NCBI GenBank assembly: GCA_011364985.1
Contig: RDOC01000001.1
Span: forward strand, 1 to 64,000
DNA: 64,000 nucleotides
From: Candidatus Thorarchaeota archaeon
GTDB lineage: Archaea > Asgardarchaeota > Thorarchaeia > Thorarchaeales > Thorarchaeaceae
Direction: 5' to 3'
Shown here: one piece after another, positions 59,217 to 64,000 of the stretch
Position numbering within the stretch: position 1 is the first letter of the stretch
Layout of the letters: each line of letters opens with the position of its first letter
Notes under the pieces: generated by a model
Told to the model about the DNA's origin: nothing
The model's database searches: none
Seen by the model: the letters and a program-made list of their open reading frames with translations, nothing else
Position numbers and translations under genes: made by a program

Positions 59217-60263
59217 ATGAAGACCATTGACCTTCGTAGCGATACAGTAACCAAGCCAACTGACGAGATGATACAAGCCATCGTCAAAGCTCACGAAAAA
59301 GACAGATTCGGTGATGATGTTATAGGAGAGGATGAGGTTGTCAATGAGCTTCAGGAAAAAGCGGCTCAAGAATTAGGCAAAGAGGCAGCTCTTTTGGTGA
59401 CCTCAGGAACTCAAGGCAACGTTATAGCACTGCTGGCCCAGACCAAGCGTGGTGATGAGATCATAGTTGAGGAGCAGTCACATACCTTCATGTTCGAAGG
59501 CGGCGGGATGTCAGTATTGGGAGGGCTCTATCCAAGACCCGTCAAGGGCGTCAAAGGCTATATTCTCCCAGAAACCTTGAGAGATGCCGTAAGACCGGAT
59601 GATGCACACTATCCTCAATCGGGAATGGTTGTGGTGGAGAATACACACAATTATGCAGGTGGAACTGTTACGACTTCGCAGCAGGTCAGAGAATTGGCGG
59701 AGGTTGCACGAGAATACAATCTACGTATTCATTGCGACGGAGCTCGTTTGTTCAATGCTGCTGTTGCTCTCAATGTTCCTGCAAAGAAGCTTGTCGCCGA
59801 TGTCGATAGTGTACAGATCTGTTTGAGCAAAGGTCTCTCAGCACCAGTTGGCTCCATTGTAGCTGGGACCGAAGAGTTCATTCATGATGCACATAGACTG
59901 AGAAAGAAACTAGGTGGCGGAATGCGTCAGGCCGGCATCATTGCCGCCCCAGGAATCGTTGCACTTGAGAAAATGATAAACAGGCTGAAGGATGACCACA
60001 CCAATGCAAAGATTCTCTACAGCCATCTGTCTAGGATTCCAGATCTGGAGATCGAAGAGCCAGAAACGAACATTATCTTTGTTGGCCTTCAAAACCTCGA
60101 CCTAGACGTTCCAAAGCTATCTCAGGAGCTGAAAAAACGAAACATCTTGATTTATGGTGAATATGGGACAAGAGCGAGATTCGTAACTCACCGCATGATT
60201 TCCAAAGAAGACATTCTGAGAACAGCGGAAGCTGTGGCGGAGATACTTGTCGGGAAGAGCTAG
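59217..60263 (+). CDS. ltaE: Low-specificity L-threonine aldolase
   Basis: DLRSDTVTKP, GDDV, SGTQGN, ENTHN, HCDGARLFNA, CLSKGLSAPVGS, GGGMRQAG. Confidence 0.93.
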   Translation: MKTIDLRSDTVTKPTDEMIQAIVKAHEKDRFGDDVIGEDEVVNELQEKAAQELGKEAALLVTSGTQGNVIALLAQTKRGDEIIVEEQSHTFMFEGGGMSVLGGLYPRPVKGVKGYILPETLRDAVRPDDAHYPQSGMVVVENTHNYAGGTVTTSQQVRELAEVAREYNLRIHCDGARLFNAAVALNVPAKKLVADVDSVQICLSKGLSAPVGSIVAGTEEFIHDAHRLRKKLGGGMRQAGIIAAPGIVALEKMINRLKDDHTNAKILYSHLSRIPDLEIEEPETNIIFVGLQNLDLDVPKLSQELKKRNILIYGEYGTRARFVTHRMISKEDILRTAEAVAEILVGKS

Positions 60264-60694
60264 TGGGCTGAGTCCTGGGGCTCTTCGCATAGCTCGATTA
60301 GCACGCCCCCAGTAGACGTGGGGTGGACGAAGGCAATTCGCATATCATGAGCGCCGATACGTGGTTTCTTGTCGATCAACACCGCACCATTTTCCTCATG
60401 GCATCTTAGTGCCTGTTCAATGTCATCTACCTTGATGGCAATGTGATGAATGCCAGATCCACGCTTGGACAGGAACTTGGCGATTGGGCTATCTCTCGAA
60501 ATAGGTTCTAGGAGCTCAATCCGGCTCTCGCCGACTTGCAGAAAGGCGACTCGCACCTTCTGCTCAGCCACTACCTCGGATCCCCGGTACTCAAGCCCCA
60601 GACCATCTCTGTAGTAGGGCAACATGTCATCAATCTTCTCAACTGCAATCCCGATATGGTCTATTTTGTCAACAGTCATCAGATGATCCCTCAT
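60260..60694 (-). CDS. mce: Methylmalonyl-CoA epimerase
   Basis: [40 protein letters not shown]. Confidence 0.95.
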   Translation of the reverse strand: MRDHLMTVDKIDHIGIAVEKIDDMLPYYRDGLGLEYRGSEVVAEQKVRVAFLQVGESRIELLEPISRDSPIAKFLSKRGSGIHHIAIKVDDIEQALRCHEENGAVLIDKKPRIGAHDMRIAFVHPTSTGGVLIELCEEPQDSAH

Positions 60695-62361
60695 AGAATG
60701 TCAGGAGCCTTATACTCTCCAAAGACACTTCGCAAAACTCCACAGATCTCACCCAACGTGGCATAAACCTTTACTGCGGCCAGAATTGCCGGCATCAGAT
60801 TCTCAGAACCCTCTGAAGCAGCTCTAAGCAAGTCCAAGGCCTCCTCGACATCCTGCTCATTGCGGGTGTCTCTTACCTTCATAAGCCGGGAAATCTGTTC
60901 TTCCTCGGACTTCGGATCGACTTTAAGATAGTCGAATGTCTGCGTTTCATCTGCTATGAACTCGTTCACTCCGACAACGATTCTACGTTTCCGATCCACA
61001 TCACGCTGAAATTCGTAGGCGCTTTCATGAATCTCGCGCTGAATGTAGCCCCTCTCGATTGCATTGGGAGAACCCCCCATCGAATCGATTTCCTTAATAT
61101 ACTTCAGTGCACCCGTCTCAATCTCGTTAGTGAGTGATTCAATGAAATAAGATCCTGCAAGTGGGTCTATTGTATCAGCCACTCCGCTTTCATGAGCAAT
61201 GATTTGTTGGGTCCTAAGAGCAATCTGTACCGAATCGCGCGTCGGAAGAGATAAGGCCTCGTCGCGTGAGTTTGTGTGTAGCGACTGTGTTCCACCCAGA
61301 ACGGCCTGAAGCGCCTGAAGTGTGACTCGCACAACATTATTGTCAGGTTGCTGTGCCGTTAGCGTGCAACCAGCTGTTTGCGTATGAAATCGCATCATGA
61401 GAGACCGCTCCTCTTTCGCTCCAAAGTGTCCTTTCATTATTCTGGCCCAGAGCCTGCGTGCAGCTCTGAATTTTGCTACCTCCTCAAAGAAATCAGAATG
61501 ACTGCCGAAGAAGAAAGACAAACGAGGAGCAAATGCATCTACATCCAATCCAGCCTTCATTGCTGCTTCCACATAGGCAATCCCATTTGCAATGGTGAAA
61601 GCAACTTCTTGGATTGCGGTGGATCCCGCCTCCCGAATGTGATAGCCCGAGATAGAAATGGTGTTGAATAAGGGAAGGTGTTCACCGCAGAATGCAAAGA
61701 TGTCAGTTATGAGACGCATTGATGGAGCAGGAGGAAATATGTACGTGCCACGAGCAACGAACTCCTTCAGAATATCATTCTGGATTGTTCCTCGTAGCTT
61801 GTTCATTGGTACACCTTGTTTCTCAGCAACGGCGATATACATGGCAAGAAGTACGGATGCAGGTGCGTTAATGGTCATAGACGTACTGACCTTGTCTAGG
61901 GGAATCGAATGGAAGAGAACCTCCATGTCTGAAAGAGTGTCGATTGCGACTCCAACTTTTCCAACCTCTCCACGGGCAAGTTCATTATCGGAATCATAGC
62001 CAATCTGAGTGGGAAGGTCGAAAGCAACGGAGAGTCCTGTTTGTCCCTGTTCAAGTAGAAAACGAAAGCGTTCATTGGTTTCTTTGGCGGTGGCAAAGCC
62101 ACTATACTGCCGCATTGTCCAAAGTCGCCCGCGGTACATTGTAGGTTGAACGCCCCGCGTGTATGGGAATTCTCCCGGAAATCCCAAGTCACTTTCATAC
62201 TCAAGGCTAGACACATCAGTAGGGGTGTAGAACCTCTTCAACGGCACTCCTGATATTGTTTTGAACTCCTCAATACGCTCAGGATGCGTCCGAAGTGCTT
62301 TGCCCAAAGTGGACTCAGTCCAACGCTTTTCTCCCTTTCTTAGGCGCTCAAGATCATCCAT
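60691..62361 (-). CDS. Methylmalonyl-CoA mutase, large (substrate-binding) subunit
   Basis: [16 protein letters not shown] (Tyr) and ARGTY (Arg) specificity residues of MCM rather than isobutyryl-CoA mutase; SGYHIREAG; GGTQSLHTN. Confidence 0.95.
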   Translation of the reverse strand: MDDLERLRKGEKRWTESTLGKALRTHPERIEEFKTISGVPLKRFYTPTDVSSLEYESDLGFPGEFPYTRGVQPTMYRGRLWTMRQYSGFATAKETNERFRFLLEQGQTGLSVAFDLPTQIGYDSDNELARGEVGKVGVAIDTLSDMEVLFHSIPLDKVSTSMTINAPASVLLAMYIAVAEKQGVPMNKLRGTIQNDILKEFVARGTYIFPPAPSMRLITDIFAFCGEHLPLFNTISISGYHIREAGSTAIQEVAFTIANGIAYVEAAMKAGLDVDAFAPRLSFFFGSHSDFFEEVAKFRAARRLWARIMKGHFGAKEERSLMMRFHTQTAGCTLTAQQPDNNVVRVTLQALQAVLGGTQSLHTNSRDEALSLPTRDSVQIALRTQQIIAHESGVADTIDPLAGSYFIESLTNEIETGALKYIKEIDSMGGSPNAIERGYIQREIHESAYEFQRDVDRKRRIVVGVNEFIADETQTFDYLKVDPKSEEEQISRLMKVRDTRNEQDVEEALDLLRAASEGSENLMPAILAAVKVYATLGEICGVLRSVFGEYKAPDIL

Positions 62362-63344
62362 TAACCAGCATCCTCCCTATACTTCAAGAGAAAATCCATA
62401 ACAAGCTTCTCAGCCACGGTATATGGGTCCTCATTTCGCTTTGCGATTCGTACAATCGCCTCATTGTACTCTGGTCTGCCACGAAGCTCTGTAAGAAGCT
62501 GATGCGTCAATTTGTATTCCATCATTTGCTCTAGTTCGTCTCTGCTGCGCTGAAGGCCTCGTTCTTCCAAGAGACCGCTATCACGAAGACAGGAGATGTG
62601 CTCACTGATTTTGTCAACGAGCTCTGCCACTCCTTCACCAGTTCGAGCATTGGTAAGAAGAACAGGAGGTCTCCATGGTTTCTCTCGTATATCCGTTTCA
62701 AGCATTGCATTTATCTCAGCCCCCTTTCGTTCGGCACCCTCAAGGTCAGATTTGTTCACAACGAAGATGTCTGCGATTTCCATTATCCCTGCTTTGATTG
62801 CCTGGATATCATCACCACTTCCGGGAACATCAGTTACAACGACAGTATGAGCCAATTCTATAATCTCGACCTCGGATTGACCAGCCCCGACAGTTTCAAC
62901 CAAGATTACATCCTTACCGAACGCATCCACAGCTCTCACAGCTTCAGCAGTTGACCGTGCCAGCCCACCAAGATGGCCTCGCGTCCCCATGCTTCGAACA
63001 TACACATCATCGTCAAGTGCATGTTCCTGCATTCGAATCCTGTCGCCAAGAAGCGCCCCTCCCGAAAATGGACTTGAAGGGTCCACGCAGATTATTCCCA
63101 CGGTCTTCTTCCTGCGACGCAACTCCTTCGTGATTTGTGTGACAAGTGTGCTCTTTCCCGATCCGGGTGGGCCAGTCACGCCAACAATATGCGCGCGTCC
63201 AGTATGTCGATACAGCTGAGAAAGTGCCTTTGGAGCTCTGACATCTTCATCCTCGATAAGAGACAGGAGTCGGGCTAGTGAGCGTCTCTTCCCCGCCAGA
63301 ACGCCCTCCACTAATTCATCGACTGACAATAGAAACTGCTCCAT
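62361..63344 (-). CDS. meaB: Methylmalonyl-CoA mutase-associated GTPase
   Basis: [42 protein letters not shown]. Confidence 0.95.
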   Translation of the reverse strand: MEQFLLSVDELVEGVLAGKRRSLARLLSLIEDEDVRAPKALSQLYRHTGRAHIVGVTGPPGSGKSTLVTQITKELRRRKKTVGIICVDPSSPFSGGALLGDRIRMQEHALDDDVYVRSMGTRGHLGGLARSTAEAVRAVDAFGKDVILVETVGAGQSEVEIIELAHTVVVTDVPGSGDDIQAIKAGIMEIADIFVVNKSDLEGAERKGAEINAMLETDIREKPWRPPVLLTNARTGEGVAELVDKISEHISCLRDSGLLEERGLQRSRDELEQMMEYKLTHQLLTELRGRPEYNEAIVRIAKRNEDPYTVAEKLVMDFLLKYREDAG

Positions 63345-63354
63345 TTTGGAAGGA

Positions 63355-63756
63355 TCAAGTCCTCACGTGGGACTGAATATACTCAATAATGGATTCAAGA
63401 GGGGTGCCTGGACCAAAGATCTCTGCAATACCCGTCTTCTTCAGTCCAGGAACATCATCTTCAGGGATGATGCCGCCTCCCACCACTAGGATGTCATCGG
63501 CATCTTCTTTCTTGAGCAATTCCATGACCTTGGGGAATAGCGCCATGTGGGCTCCGCTGAGTATACTTAGGCCAATACAATCAACTGATTCATCAATCGC
63601 GGCTCTGACAATCATCTCTGGAGTCTGCCGCAAACCAGTGTAAATCACTTCCATTCCAGCATCTCGGAGGGCACGAGCAACAACTTTGGCCCCACGGTCA
63701 TGTCCATCCAGTCCGGGTTTGGCAACGAGAACACGTATCTTCTTCGTCGAATTCAA
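63355..63756 (-). CDS. Methylmalonyl-CoA mutase cobalamin-binding subunit
   Basis: [12 protein letters not shown] (DxHxxG), SILSGAH, GGIIP. TTG start at 63756 after GAGGTG. Confidence 0.95.
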   Translation of the reverse strand: MNSTKKIRVLVAKPGLDGHDRGAKVVARALRDAGMEVIYTGLRQTPEMIVRAAIDESVDCIGLSILSGAHMALFPKVMELLKKEDADDILVVGGGIIPEDDVPGLKKTGIAEIFGPGTPLESIIEYIQSHVRT

Positions 63757-63890
63757 GGACCCACCTCGCTTTGGGTTAGACACGGGAGAACCTCGTGTCG
63801 AGATATAAAGGCTTTCGATTGCCAGTGTCACCATCAAAACTCAAGATTATTATGCGACAAAATAATACAATAGATGAGGTGGAGAATTCA

Positions 63891-64000
63891 ATGGCAGCAA
63901 CCCCTGATGAAATGACTCAGTACGACTGGTTTGGACAGGCAAGAATACATGAGGTCGGCGGCAACTTTGACGGGGCTCTAAAGGCATATGAAAATGCGAT
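63891..64000 (+). CDS. TPR-like protein, 5' part only
   Basis: GAGGTGGAG RBS; MAATPDEMTQYDWFGQARIHEVGGNFDGALKAYENA fits a TPR pattern; runs off the right edge. Confidence 0.6.
   Translation, partial: MAATPDEMTQYDWFGQARIHEVGGNFDGALKAYENA

Noticed and set aside
60691-62361. Isobutyryl-CoA or 2-hydroxyisobutyryl-CoA mutase
   Set aside because: The RQY and ARG specificity residues and the adjacent epimerase indicate methylmalonyl-CoA mutase.

Overview
Archaeal chromosomal window, most consistent with an Asgard archaeon of the Thorarchaeia type. This is an inference from a uDENN/longin plus winged-helix protein, giant Thr-linker/TM-anchored surface proteins, multi-PAS kinases with an LYLDLxGHDxRNRLQ H-box, TrmB, and a split archaeal methylmalonyl-CoA mutase. 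Main content: (1) a >1270-aa surface protein gene, missed by the ORF track, directly behind an NPRL2/DENN-like gene; (2) a dispersed biotin/B12 propionyl-CoA gene set (5S/PycB-like carboxyltransferase, BCCP and a Cys-less thiolase; 12S/PccB-like subunit; BirA; mutase, MeaB, epimerase), with no biotin carboxylase in the window; (3) two further large surface proteins; (4) a PadR-controlled heterodimeric ABC exporter; (5) a four-gene two-component cluster and an 11-PAS kinase; (6) a membrane-tethered wHTH regulator paired with a PepSY-like exoprotein, both preceded by the same 18-bp box; (7) several clear operator palindromes; (8) housekeeping and accessory genes (RNase HIII, KamA-like radical SAM, CDF, MFS, LtaE); and (9) at least five disrupted genes. 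I saw no rRNA, tRNA, CRISPR array or transposase. All family assignments are from motif recognition by eye, not database searches.
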